Source of the DNA: a virus
IMG/VR virus record: IMGVR_UViG_3300045911_000567
Coordinates: 1 to 64,000 of that record
Strand: one strand, 5' to 3'
Length of the DNA stretch: 64,000 bases
Made by a program: the position numbers and the translations under genes
Notes under the pieces: generated by a model
The model's input: the letters and a program-made list of their open reading frames with translations, nothing else
Databases searched by the model: none
Told to the model about the DNA's origin: nothing
In this document: in pieces, positions 17,557-25,970 of the stretch
Position numbering within the stretch: the stretch's first letter is position 1
Layout of the letters: each line of letters opens with the position of its first letter

Positions 17557-18428
17557 AGATCCAATTCTGATCTGAATCCAATAAAAACAGGGAATCTTGG
17601 CAAATCGAGCATACCAAGTTCCTGATACTTATACTTTATAATCTTATTTAGATATTTTTCTTTATTTGTCCATATCTCTTTACGAAGATCGTCGTCGAAA
17701 CCCGAACCTATATTAAAAACTTGTCCTGTTTTGATATTTTTCACAACGAGCGCGCCGAGCGTGTCAGATGCAACTAAGCCATCTTTTTTGCTGGATCTTT
17801 TTGACAATCCCAGTTCGTCTTTTTCTTTCTCGTTTGTGTTTTTGAATCTCTCTTCAAATCCAATTACTTCTGCTTCATCGTCTTTAAATCTTTTCAATTT
17901 AAGTAGTATCTGTTCACGAAGAGTCGATCTGCCGCATTTATATCTGCCCTTCGGACATCTAATCATAACTCCTTCATAGCCCATGGAAAGATATTTTTCT
18001 TCTATCTTCAGCAACTCTTCTTGGTTTTCTATCAGAACAGAAGGGACCAATTTGATCCTAGAGTCGGCAATCGAAGAATACCAGTTTTCTAATGACTTCA
18101 ATCTATTTTCATATGAAACATCGAGACTATCCTGAACATAATCAAAAGCATGAAATGTGAAATCTGGTTCTCCATCAAAACTCATAATTTTTGATTGTAT
18201 GTCTTGAAAAGATCCTGATGACATTACTTCGCCATCAATGCCATCGGGCAGTATAGTTTCTAACTGCTTTCTCACGAACCTATTCGGAAGGTCTTTGAAT
18301 TTTCTTGTGACTGCCTTTCCGTTTACTTTAAGGACTCTAATTCCATCTAACTTTGGTGTAACTATAACTGGAAATCTCAACAAACTTACATCTTCCAAAG
18401 TTTCTGCTAACAAGGGACGAGTTATCAC
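17553..18428 (-). CDS. Minimal ATP-dependent DNA ligase
   Basis: KLDGIR, DGEV, FHAFD, EGVMIR, LKLK, OB fold GSGF..PRFPVF; 291 aa. Confidence 0.95.
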   Translation of the reverse strand: MITRPLLAETLEDVSLLRFPVIVTPKLDGIRVLKVNGKAVTRKFKDLPNRFVRKQLETILPDGIDGEVMSSGSFQDIQSKIMSFDGEPDFTFHAFDYVQDSLDVSYENRLKSLENWYSSIADSRIKLVPSVLIENQEELLKIEEKYLSMGYEGVMIRCPKGRYKCGRSTLREQILLKLKRFKDDEAEVIGFEERFKNTNEKEKDELGLSKRSSKKDGLVASDTLGALVVKNIKTGQVFNIGSGFDDDLRKEIWTNKEKYLNKIIKYKYQELGMLDLPRFPVFIGFRSELDL

Positions 18429-18898
18429 GGCAGAAAAATCCCCCCTTTCGATTGCTTCAATTTTTTATTTTTAATTTTATCGGCAAATTCTTTTCTTTTT
18501 GCTATTTCACTGCTAGTAAAGTCTTTGTCTACTAGAAGTCCTGGCTGAGATTTTCTGTCTAACTCTTCGATTATTTTTTCTTCGGGTATGGGCGGCTCGT
18601 ATGTTGCATTTACCGACATCACATCTTCTACTATTTCTAAAACATCACACCTACCATCTTCTAGGTTAGATAATTCCTCTAAATCTTTTTTTTCGTCGAT
18701 TAATGTCCAGGGAACAAGCCAGTTTTTCTCTCCGTCAATTATTTCTACCAGAGGAAGATTCTTCTCCTTGAATCTCTTAATCTTTCTTTTTTTTACAAAA
18801 TCGAATATAAATTTCCATCTAGTTTCAAATAAAACTAATTCATCAGGAAAAAATGCCGAAATTTTATATGTTATAAGTCTATATTTTTTCATACTCAA
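18425..18898 (-). CDS. Hypothetical protein
   Basis: ~155-aa ORF coupled to the ligase. Confidence 0.65.
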   Translation of the reverse strand: MSMKKYRLITYKISAFFPDELVLFETRWKFIFDFVKKRKIKRFKEKNLPLVEIIDGEKNWLVPWTLIDEKKDLEELSNLEDGRCDVLEIVEDVMSVNATYEPPIPEEKIIEELDRKSQPGLLVDKDFTSSEIAKRKEFADKIKNKKLKQSKGGIFLP

Positions 18899-18906
18899 TT
18901 TTTAGG

Positions 18907-18978
18907 CTGGCAAGGTAGGACTCGAACCTACAACCGTCGCATTAACAGTGCGCTACTCTGCCATTGAGTTACTTGCCA
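18907..18978 (-). tRNA. tRNA-Asn(GTT)
   Basis: TGGCAAG/CTTGCCA acceptor stem, ACTC/GAGT D-stem, anticodon loop CTGTTAA, GTAGG-TTCGAGT-CCTAC T-arm, discriminator G. Followed by CCT, so CCA is not encoded. Confidence 0.93.
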
Positions 18979-19349
18979 ATAATTCCTTTAATATTTTTTG
19001 GTTGTTTCAATTTCATGGAGAGCTCACGATATCCATTGGCTGTCCATCCCAATAATTCTAATTCGTCTTTTACCCTGACCGTGAGCATGCCCTCGGCTCC
19101 CCGAAGATACCAATCCAAATAATCTTCATCATACTTCGGTTTTCTTAAATCCGCAACAAGTCCCGCTGCCGATCTCCAGGAAAGAGACGCTTGGTGAGTT
19201 TTTGGCAGATCTTTTCTCGTATATTGAATATTACACATAGCAGAATATAATTCTGCTGCAAATGTCTCATCAAGCACTAGTTTCCTGATTCTCTGAGAGT
19301 TAGTTAAATCCTCGATAAATTGCTGGGTGATGTCAAGAACGTCGCTCAT
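18969..19349 (-). CDS. Conserved phage hypothetical protein
   Basis: FAAELYSAMCN..SWRSAAGLVADLR..DYLDWY..EG..LGW; sigma70-like promoter upstream. Confidence 0.75.
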   Translation of the reverse strand: MSDVLDITQQFIEDLTNSQRIRKLVLDETFAAELYSAMCNIQYTRKDLPKTHQASLSWRSAAGLVADLRKPKYDEDYLDWYLRGAEGMLTVRVKDELELLGWTANGYRELSMKLKQPKNIKGIIGK

Positions 19350-19374
19350 ATCAATTATAGTATCATATAACATC

Positions 19375-19474
19375 AGCATTTAGCAAATAAAAAAGCACGA
19401 ACAACTAAAAACCCGAAAAGGAATTTATGCGCTACTTCCTGTCCCGTTTTAGTTGTTTGTGCTGCGCTAAAGCT
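19375..19474 (-). ncRNA. Candidate ~100-nt long-hairpin ncRNA or attenuator
   Basis: Intergenic. 17-bp arms at 19394-19410 and 19447-19463, outer arms agcatttagc/gctaaagct, apical AGGAA/TTCCT stem; GTAAATA late motif at 19478-84. Confidence 0.45.
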
Positions 19475-19497
19475 AGTTATTTACCATTATTTTTCTT

Positions 19498-20376
19498 TCA
19501 CGTCAACTTTTTATGATCGTCTAATGCTTTTTTTAAGACTTTAATCTCAGATTTGGATATTTCTCCATCGGAAATTATTTTATTGACAGTTTTCAATAGT
19601 TTAAGATAATGGTATTTTTCAAGAAGTTTATAAATTACATTTCCAGGAAGATAACTATTAGTTCCGTATGTTCTTATTTCTTCGGGTGTCAAAGTTTTAT
19701 TATATGCATCTTCGCGTTTGGTCTTTATGTCATCATAAATCGCACTAATTTCTTCTGCATTTAGTTCCATATCTTCGATTGTCTGCTTTAACCTCTGTTT
19801 CAGTTGTCTTGCATCTGCATCGGTCATATTTTTTATGGACTCGTAATCGAATAAAACATCATCTAATCGATCTGCAAGTAAATCGATTGCTTTAACTTTG
19901 TCGGCGTAATCTTGTAAATATAACTCTATCGAAAATTTTATATCTTTCGGTTTTTTGATAAACTCGTTATTTTTAATATCAAAAGATGCGTCAGCGGCTT
20001 CTGTTTTTCTTCTTTCATATTCTTTTGCATCATTCATAATAAAATAGTTAATGGGATAGGGCGTATTTTTATATTTTTTCCCTGATATTTTAGAAGTTAT
20101 TTTTTTACTCTTCTCTAAGTCTTTTTCGGCTACAAGAACCGTGACATCTATATCACTATTTTCATCATATCTAAGAGTTAATATACTTCCAAGAAGTACA
20201 TAGTCAAGTACCTTAACTTCAGCTACCAGCGGAGCCATTCTTTTAAGAATTTCATCACGTAAGTCGTCTTTTAATTTTGGATTAACCGCATTGGGGTCTT
20301 CGAATATATCAGGCGAAAGACTATCTTGCCTTTGACTTATTATAGACTCTTCGATGTAAGTACTAAATCGTTTCAT
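19498..20376 (-). CDS. Pol-beta-superfamily nucleotidyltransferase with capsid-targeting N-terminus
   Basis: LLGSI..YDENSDIDVTV motif; starts MKRFSTYIEE; CTAAATA at 20393-99. Confidence 0.8.
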   Translation of the reverse strand: MKRFSTYIEESIISQRQDSLSPDIFEDPNAVNPKLKDDLRDEILKRMAPLVAEVKVLDYVLLGSILTLRYDENSDIDVTVLVAEKDLEKSKKITSKISGKKYKNTPYPINYFIMNDAKEYERRKTEAADASFDIKNNEFIKKPKDIKFSIELYLQDYADKVKAIDLLADRLDDVLFDYESIKNMTDADARQLKQRLKQTIEDMELNAEEISAIYDDIKTKREDAYNKTLTPEEIRTYGTNSYLPGNVIYKLLEKYHYLKLLKTVNKIISDGEISKSEIKVLKKALDDHKKLT

Positions 20377-20500
20377 TTTTCCGGTCGCACTATATTTAGC
20401 TAAAGGGGAGAGCGAGCTACGGGCACTTAAATGCACTATTGCGGCTGAATATCAGATGTCGATTTCTAAATGCTATATTACTAATAGGACATCTTCACAA

Positions 20501-21028
20501 TTATCTCAACTCTAATCTGCTATGTACATCTTTAACAACAATAAAATCTTTGCCCATAACTTTGCATGGGACCTCTATTCCATCAATAAAAGCAGTGAAT
20601 GACACGGATATTGGAGCCTTGTTTTCAAAATCTTTGGGAAACCCACCCGGCTTGAAATTGAATCTACCAAATTTATGATTGGGCAAACGATTGCCTCTGA
20701 GGTGACCTCCCTCATTGAAAGTTGTCTTGATCTTTATATTTTTGCCGTTTTTGTCAACGAACTTAATTCTTACATCGCGGGCTCTCAGCGTATCAGAACT
20801 CACAGAAACTACCACCCCCTTGGGAAAAGTATCAGAATCTGGCTTCCATAAAAAAGAAGTGATAACCGGAATGGTTGATTTTTCCGGCTCCTCTAACGTC
20901 ACCTCTGATTTTGGACTTTCGGTTGGTTTGACCGGTTCAGGCTTAGGCTTTGGTTCAGTAGCTTTTTCAGTTGATTTGCGAAAAAGTTTTTCTAACAATT
21001 CTTTAATTGCTGACAATATCTCGTTCAT
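20501..21028 (-). CDS. Hypothetical protein with Pro/Lys/Glu linker and FLWKP-type domain
   Basis: EPKPKPEPVKP linker then FLWKPDSD..VVVSV; resembles 31943-32437. Confidence 0.65.
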   Translation of the reverse strand: MNEILSAIKELLEKLFRKSTEKATEPKPKPEPVKPTESPKSEVTLEEPEKSTIPVITSFLWKPDSDTFPKGVVVSVSSDTLRARDVRIKFVDKNGKNIKIKTTFNEGGHLRGNRLPNHKFGRFNFKPGGFPKDFENKAPISVSFTAFIDGIEVPCKVMGKDFIVVKDVHSRLELR

Positions 21029-21062
21029 AATTGCTCATTATAAATGCGATCCGAATACTATA

Positions 21063-21449
21063 TTATATATCAGTTGATGTAGATTGTTCTTTTGAAGTGA
21101 AATAATTTTTCATTGCATCTAGGCTCTCATCTGACAATTTCGGGCGGTCGTCTCGTCCTGTCTTTCTGAGGCTAAAAGCCAACAAAAAAAATATACAGCA
21201 GCCAGCATGAGCCAGATGGGATAATCCGGTTTCCTCGTCTTTGTCTTGACCCTGAAACCAGAGTGTTAAATGTCTCTGTAATGCACCAAAAACTCTGGAC
21301 CAATCAAAGCCCAATTCCCAGTTCCTGGCATTATATTTCTTTGCACCAAATGTTAATACTTTTGCAATTTCAGTTACAGAATCCCATGGAACCAGATCCA
21401 TCCTAATTTTATTCTGATCGTATTTTATTCCTTCTTTTTTATCACTCAT
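21063..21449 (-). CDS. dATP/dGTP diphosphohydrolase (DUF5664 family)
   Basis: GIKYD..K.R.DLVP..VLTFGAKKY..NW..G..RHL..D.ETGLSHLAHA.C. Confidence 0.88.
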   Translation of the reverse strand: MSDKKEGIKYDQNKIRMDLVPWDSVTEIAKVLTFGAKKYNARNWELGFDWSRVFGALQRHLTLWFQGQDKDEETGLSHLAHAGCCIFFLLAFSLRKTGRDDRPKLSDESLDAMKNYFTSKEQSTSTDI

Positions 21450-22189
21450 ATCAATCCAGCTTTCATTCTAGCAAGCAAATACTCTTTTACAAATCCCGAA
21501 CGAACTATATCTTCTATATCAAAGTCGACTATATCAAAACTTTTCATATAATTAGCACAAATTAATAATGAAAGCAAGCCGGACGTCTGCGATTTTTTTC
21601 CCAGATGCTTTAGGTCGTCTTGATATGTATCACCACAAACAATAATTCTTGTATTATGTCCTACTCTAGTCAATACTGAGGATAACTCATGGTCACTGAG
21701 ATTTTGCGCCTCATCTATAATGATGACTGCATCATCAATCGTCAATCCCCGCAGAAAAGACGTGCTCATGAATTCGAGCGCATCTTTTTTCTGTAGCAAT
21801 TCATATGCATCTTTTCTATTGTTCATCAAATCTGAAACTATATTTTTGTATGGCTGTTCATACATCGACATTTTTTCGACTATTGTTCCGGGAAGAAAGC
21901 CCTGATCGCGAGTTGAAACCGCAGACCTAACAATCACTACTTTTTTTGCCAAGCCCTGCATTAAGTCATTCAGTGCAAGATAAAGTCCAACGAAAGTTTT
22001 TCCTGTTCCTGCACAGCCAGTCATTATCACGTTCTTTCCACTAAAATATGAGTGAAAGACTTTCTCTTGATTTTTCGTTAATGGTTTTAGTTCAGATAAT
22101 CTTAGATTATGATTCAATATTTTTTTCTGTCTTCTATTAGGTTCTTCTATATCTACTTGCGGGGCGGACTTTCGAGACCTTTTTCCCAT
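21446..22189 (-). CDS. phoH: PhoH-family ATPase
   Basis: PLT.NQ, GCAGTGKTF, GFLPG, FLRGLT, DEAQN, GD..Q.DL, DIVRSG.VK. Confidence 0.95.
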   Translation of the reverse strand: MGKRSRKSAPQVDIEEPNRRQKKILNHNLRLSELKPLTKNQEKVFHSYFSGKNVIMTGCAGTGKTFVGLYLALNDLMQGLAKKVVIVRSAVSTRDQGFLPGTIVEKMSMYEQPYKNIVSDLMNNRKDAYELLQKKDALEFMSTSFLRGLTIDDAVIIIDEAQNLSDHELSSVLTRVGHNTRIIVCGDTYQDDLKHLGKKSQTSGLLSLLICANYMKSFDIVDFDIEDIVRSGFVKEYLLARMKAGLI

Positions 22190-22194
22190 ATATT

Positions 22195-22458
22195 TTAGTA
22201 ATCTTTTAATTTAACACTTTTAACGTTTTTATACCCATGTTTAATTTGTTGCATACGTTCTCTGAAATCGCTCTGTGGCTTTTTCAGACCATCTACTGCA
22301 AAGGGCGATATTAGCGACGATGCGCCAATGATTAGCTTTACTGACAGCTGCTTACATTTAGCACAAGGAGAATTTTCTGGGTCGAATCTTTTTGAAATAG
22401 AACAGAACTCAGTAAAAGTATGGTTGCAATTAGAACATTCATAATCATAAGTAGGCAT
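22195..22458 (-). CDS. FmdB-family zinc-ribbon protein
   Basis: MPTYDYECSNC..F..CAKC. Confidence 0.85.
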   Translation of the reverse strand: MPTYDYECSNCNHTFTEFCSISKRFDPENSPCAKCKQLSVKLIIGASSLISPFAVDGLKKPQSDFRERMQQIKHGYKNVKSVKLKDY

Positions 22459-22999
22459 TGATTACTCCTTCTTCATAATACCAATCCGGCTTAGATCTCA
22501 GTGACCATTTTGCCAAATGATTTTTTTCGTGTATGTAGTAATTGCGATATGCTTTTACTGCATCGGCGTCTTTATATTTATCCGGCATTGCCTGTGCAAA
22601 TGGAGTCAAACCTATATGAGGAATGTTTTTAGGAAGCGCAGATAGCAAATCTTTCAAGTCGATATATGTTTTATGATCTTTGTTTCGGCGATATCGAAAC
22701 TCTTCTCCTAATGAAATAAAAAGTTTGTTTAACCAGATGTAATTTTGTGCAGAGCTTCTTGTCCAGATCGCACATGGATGGTTGATGTGCGTAGCCTGAT
22801 AAAAGCTATCATTTTCTAGTTTATATCTGGTAACAAGTCTATTTGTTCGTGGATGTTTCTCTTGTATTTTTGTTCCATCCAGTACTCTATGAGCAGTAGA
22901 CAATAATTGTGCGGTTTCCAATATCATCTTGGTTAGATGAGCATCGTTGTGATAAATTGCAGCTATTCGTGGATTTATATCTAGTACAAATATATTCAT
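22445..22999 (-). CDS. Pyrimidine-dimer DNA glycosylase (DenV-related family)
   Basis: MNIFVLD..H.D.H..KMILE.AQLLSTAHR..THINHPC..W..NY.WL..QAMPDKYK..AYRNYY. Confidence 0.8.
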   Translation of the reverse strand: MNIFVLDINPRIAAIYHNDAHLTKMILETAQLLSTAHRVLDGTKIQEKHPRTNRLVTRYKLENDSFYQATHINHPCAIWTRSSAQNYIWLNKLFISLGEEFRYRRNKDHKTYIDLKDLLSALPKNIPHIGLTPFAQAMPDKYKDADAVKAYRNYYIHEKNHLAKWSLRSKPDWYYEEGVINAYL

Positions 23000-23087
23000 A
23001 AGTGCCTATTACTATTATATTATATAGTATAGCACAACTAAATCAATAAGAAAAGCTAAATAATTTGGTATTTCTATCAGGAATTTT

Positions 23088-23222
23088 ATGAAAAAATTAG
23101 TATCCAAAGTAAAATGTTTGCTGGCAAGAGTAATGGTCGCCCTGAAACTCAAGAAAGTTGAAGAATGTAAGGCTCCTGCTCTAAAGAAGACACCTAAGAA
23201 GGTAGTCAAGAAAAAGAAGTAA
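23088..23222 (+). CDS. Small, very basic protein (44 aa)
   Basis: MKKLVSKVKCLLARVMVALKLKKVEECKAPALKKTPKKVVKKKK*; AGGA SD and CTAAATA (23056-62) upstream. Confidence 0.6.
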   Translation: MKKLVSKVKCLLARVMVALKLKKVEECKAPALKKTPKKVVKKKK

Positions 23223-23225
23223 ACT

Positions 23226-23858
23226 TCATTTGTCTGACAATACTGCACCAAGTATTTTTGTTTTCAGCGACGGTTTGTAGTATGGTCCCTCGCATTTTTG
23301 CCAAATATCTTGGTGGTGTCCGCTACCGGCTGTTGATGGATCATGTAGATGCAAAAACCAATGCTGCAATTCGTGCCTATATGTTTCATCCGCATCAATG
23401 TTTTCGACAATATAAACTGTCTGAGTCTCTGGATGATAAAAACCAACAACTGCGCCGATGCCGGTAAATGTTACAACTGGAACAAAATTATAAGCACTTT
23501 CCGTTGAAGCAACATCAAGAGATTCCGTGGATATCACGAAACATCTGGGCGGAACCAATTCTTCAGATAATGGATTATCAGCCCAGACTTTCGTATTGAC
23601 ACAACTCAACGCTTGTTTAAAATTTTCCTTTTCGTCGAAATAAACGCCACACGGCTTCAGATGTGCCCATTTGGTATTTGGTATTATTGGATGAATATCA
23701 GAATTCTTGGAAATCGTGGTTAGTTTGACAGGCGGATCTAAATTTATAGTGGGAGTAGTGAGTATTATTAGAACTAAAATTGATGGTAAAAAGGCAAAAA
23801 ATAGGTAACTAAACGATTTAACAGAAAATTTTATCGCTTCGATTATGATCTTTCTCAT
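23226..23858 (-). CDS. Membrane-anchored HExxH zinc metallopeptidase-like protein
   Basis: N-terminal TM; GFY..VYI..RHELQHWFLH; CTAAATA at 23881-87. Confidence 0.6.
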   Translation of the reverse strand: MRKIIIEAIKFSVKSFSYLFFAFLPSILVLIILTTPTINLDPPVKLTTISKNSDIHPIIPNTKWAHLKPCGVYFDEKENFKQALSCVNTKVWADNPLSEELVPPRCFVISTESLDVASTESAYNFVPVVTFTGIGAVVGFYHPETQTVYIVENIDADETYRHELQHWFLHLHDPSTAGSGHHQDIWQKCEGPYYKPSLKTKILGAVLSDK

Positions 23859-23912
23859 ATTTGCCTCCCGTGGATATTTTTATTTAGAAAAATCCACAAC
23901 GGAAGGCTGCCA

Positions 23913-24155
23913 TCACTCTAAGTCGTCAGCATTGTATAGTTTTACTCCTAGTTTAATAGATCGGTTTTCATCTAGGGAGATTTGCGGAAGGGTATCTTTT
24001 ATGTTTTTTAATAACAGTTCATTTATCTGATTCAAGATTCGACGAAATTCTGCCATTAAATTTTCGTCGGCTTCGGTCGTATCAAAAGACAAAATAAGAT
24101 TATACGCCCTGACTGTCGCTCTCGGTAGAATCTTTTTCTTCCTCGTCTTTTTCAT
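23913..24155 (-). CDS. Hypothetical protein
   Basis: Basic N-terminus; overlaps the end of the upstream gene. Confidence 0.5.
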   Translation of the reverse strand: MKKTRKKKILPRATVRAYNLILSFDTTEADENLMAEFRRILNQINELLLKNIKDTLPQISLDENRSIKLGVKLYNADDLE

Positions 24156-24612
24156 CGCCTTTCTCCGCACTATTATCTATCAGTCCGGGAAAGGCTTCTT
24201 CTATCATTTTACGAGTAACTCCAATATCCAGTTTCTTGTCTTTAGCAAGAAGAAGGACTTGCGCCTCTTCTTTGTCGAGTGATTCTAATAATGAAGCAAA
24301 GAGAACTTCTCTTTTCTTTTGTCGCAGGCCAGGAGAGAATTTTTTGAAAAACACATACATGGATTTAGCACAAGTTTTTAGTGTTGCGTTTCCAAAACCC
24401 GGAATATTATTGTTGCCTCTATAATCTTCGGGTATTCCCTCGGCGAGATCAAAATTGCAATTTGGATCGAAATTCAGCTTCAAGATTTGTCGAAGTGACT
24501 GGGAATCATTTTCTTTGAGCAATTTTATTCTTGCTGATTTAGTTTTTGCCAGAGAAACCTGATGAAGAAGCTCGGCAATGGTTGGTGGCGGATTGTATGT
24601 TTTTGGTGTCAT
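24100..24612 (-). CDS. Conserved T4-like protein (DUF6433-like)
   Basis: K.K.ARIKLLKE..SLRQIL..NFDP..KRE.LF..LLE.L..EA; located after rnh. Confidence 0.7.
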   Translation of the reverse strand: MTPKTYNPPPTIAELLHQVSLAKTKSARIKLLKENDSQSLRQILKLNFDPNCNFDLAEGIPEDYRGNNNIPGFGNATLKTCAKSMYVFFKKFSPGLRQKKREVLFASLLESLDKEEAQVLLLAKDKKLDIGVTRKMIEEAFPGLIDNSAEKGDEKDEEEKDSTESDSQGV

Positions 24613-24613
24613 G

Positions 24614-25501
24614 TCAAAAATCTCCTATCGACTCCATTAAATATCTCAATTTATTCCTTATGAAATATGTCATCAGGTGTTTTGTGTTTCCCAGTTTAGC
24701 ATTTTCATATGTATATATAATTTTTTCTTGAATTTCGGCAGGAATCTTATCGAAATCAATCAGCGCTTCATTTCTTTTAAAATTTCTCAGCATATATTCA
24801 TCGCAAAATTCTTGTGGATTGCCACACTTAAGCCACTCTTCTAGTTTCTTGGATTGAATTGATTTCTGTTTCTTCCCTTCGACGAGGAATATATTATCTT
24901 CCGATAGAAAATTAGGAATTCCATCTCCGGAATCTCCTCTAATGATATGTTCAAGTAAAACCTTTTTTGGATTTAAAGTAACGAGAAATTTCTTCTGCAT
25001 AGGACTAAACTGCTTTACGTTTGCATATTTCTGTAGCTGTAAAAAATCCTTATCCGCAGAGAGAATCAGTACCGGCCTAGGTTCACGAACTAGCACGTTT
25101 TCTAGTAATTCATTATCCTGACTATATTTTGAAAGAACAGCTATTATGTCATCTGCTTCTGCTTTTTCGACTTGTAAAACCTTGTACGGAAAATATTCTT
25201 TCAATTCTTCTCTTATTTTATTTAATAAGGTAAAGATTACTTTCCAGTCATACTTTGAATCGTCTCTTGCTTTTTTTCTACCAGCCTTATAGTATGGAAA
25301 AATCTCCTTGCGCCAGTAGTCTTTATCGTCTACACATAACACGACATTTCCAAACTCACCTGAAAATTTTTTCTTATAGTATAGAATCGAGCTAAGAACT
25401 ATATGACGGATCAAATCTTCTGACACTTCCGTCGTTGGAGATGATCCTACATGAGACATAAAAGATGATATGAATGTTTGATGAAAATCGACTAATATCA
25501 C
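24614..25501 (-). CDS. rnh: T4-type RNase H (5'-3' exonuclease)
   Basis: MILVDF..YWRK..FPYYKAGR..EADDII..SADKDFLQLQ..GDSGDGIPN. Confidence 0.96.
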   Translation of the reverse strand: MILVDFHQTFISSFMSHVGSSPTTEVSEDLIRHIVLSSILYYKKKFSGEFGNVVLCVDDKDYWRKEIFPYYKAGRKKARDDSKYDWKVIFTLLNKIREELKEYFPYKVLQVEKAEADDIIAVLSKYSQDNELLENVLVREPRPVLILSADKDFLQLQKYANVKQFSPMQKKFLVTLNPKKVLLEHIIRGDSGDGIPNFLSEDNIFLVEGKKQKSIQSKKLEEWLKCGNPQEFCDEYMLRNFKRNEALIDFDKIPAEIQEKIIYTYENAKLGNTKHLMTYFIRNKLRYLMESIGDF

Positions 25502-25755
25502 TGTTTCATCTCCGTCTTAAAATAAAATTTCTGGAAATCTTCGAAATATTCCAATGCTCTTTTTTCGACATATGCTTCTGGATCATATTCGCCCAGAGCA
25601 TGAAAGAGAGAATCTTTCCATGCGGAAAGATATGCATGTTTTGCAATAGTGCGTTCTCGTGTTTTAATAATTTTATTGACTCGTATATGATACCAAATCA
25701 ATAATGCATATACCAGCAGTGCTCCAGTGCACAATCCCAAAAAGAACAAAATCAT
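25498..25755 (-). CDS. Membrane-anchored hypothetical protein
   Basis: N-terminal TM helix. Confidence 0.6.
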   Translation of the reverse strand: MILFFLGLCTGALLVYALLIWYHIRVNKIIKTRERTIAKHAYLSAWKDSLFHALGEYDPEAYVEKRALEYFEDFQKFYFKTEMKQ

Positions 25756-25970
25756 TCGTCTCCGGTCGTCAGTCTTTTTGTCAACAGTTTTAAAAACTCT
25801 TCATCGGTTACTTTTTTTCCACTCAATTCAATTTGTTTTTGCAAACGGTCCGCTTCTTTTATGATTTTTTCGGCAAGTATAGGTCCGGTAGATATTCCTC
25901 TACTAAAGCCAAGATATTCCCCCCACAAAAAAGAAAGTAAGCACAGTATCAGTGTCAATATTGTCAACAT
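25752..25970 (-). CDS. Membrane-anchored hypothetical protein
   Basis: N-terminal TM helix. Confidence 0.55.
   Translation of the reverse strand: MLTILTLILCLLSFLWGEYLGFSRGISTGPILAEKIIKEADRLQKQIELSGKKVTDEEFLKLLTKRLTTGDE

Noticed and set aside
19375-20474. Retron ncRNA, SRP RNA, or an IS bounded by agcatttag/ctaaatgct
   Set aside because: No reverse transcriptase or transposase is present, the SRP domain-IV consensus is not matched, and a 9-bp AT-rich inverted match can arise by chance.
21063-21449. 2-aminoadenine (Z) genome pathway
   Set aside because: No PurZ or HD-family dATPase is seen in the window; the DUF5664 gene alone is widespread.
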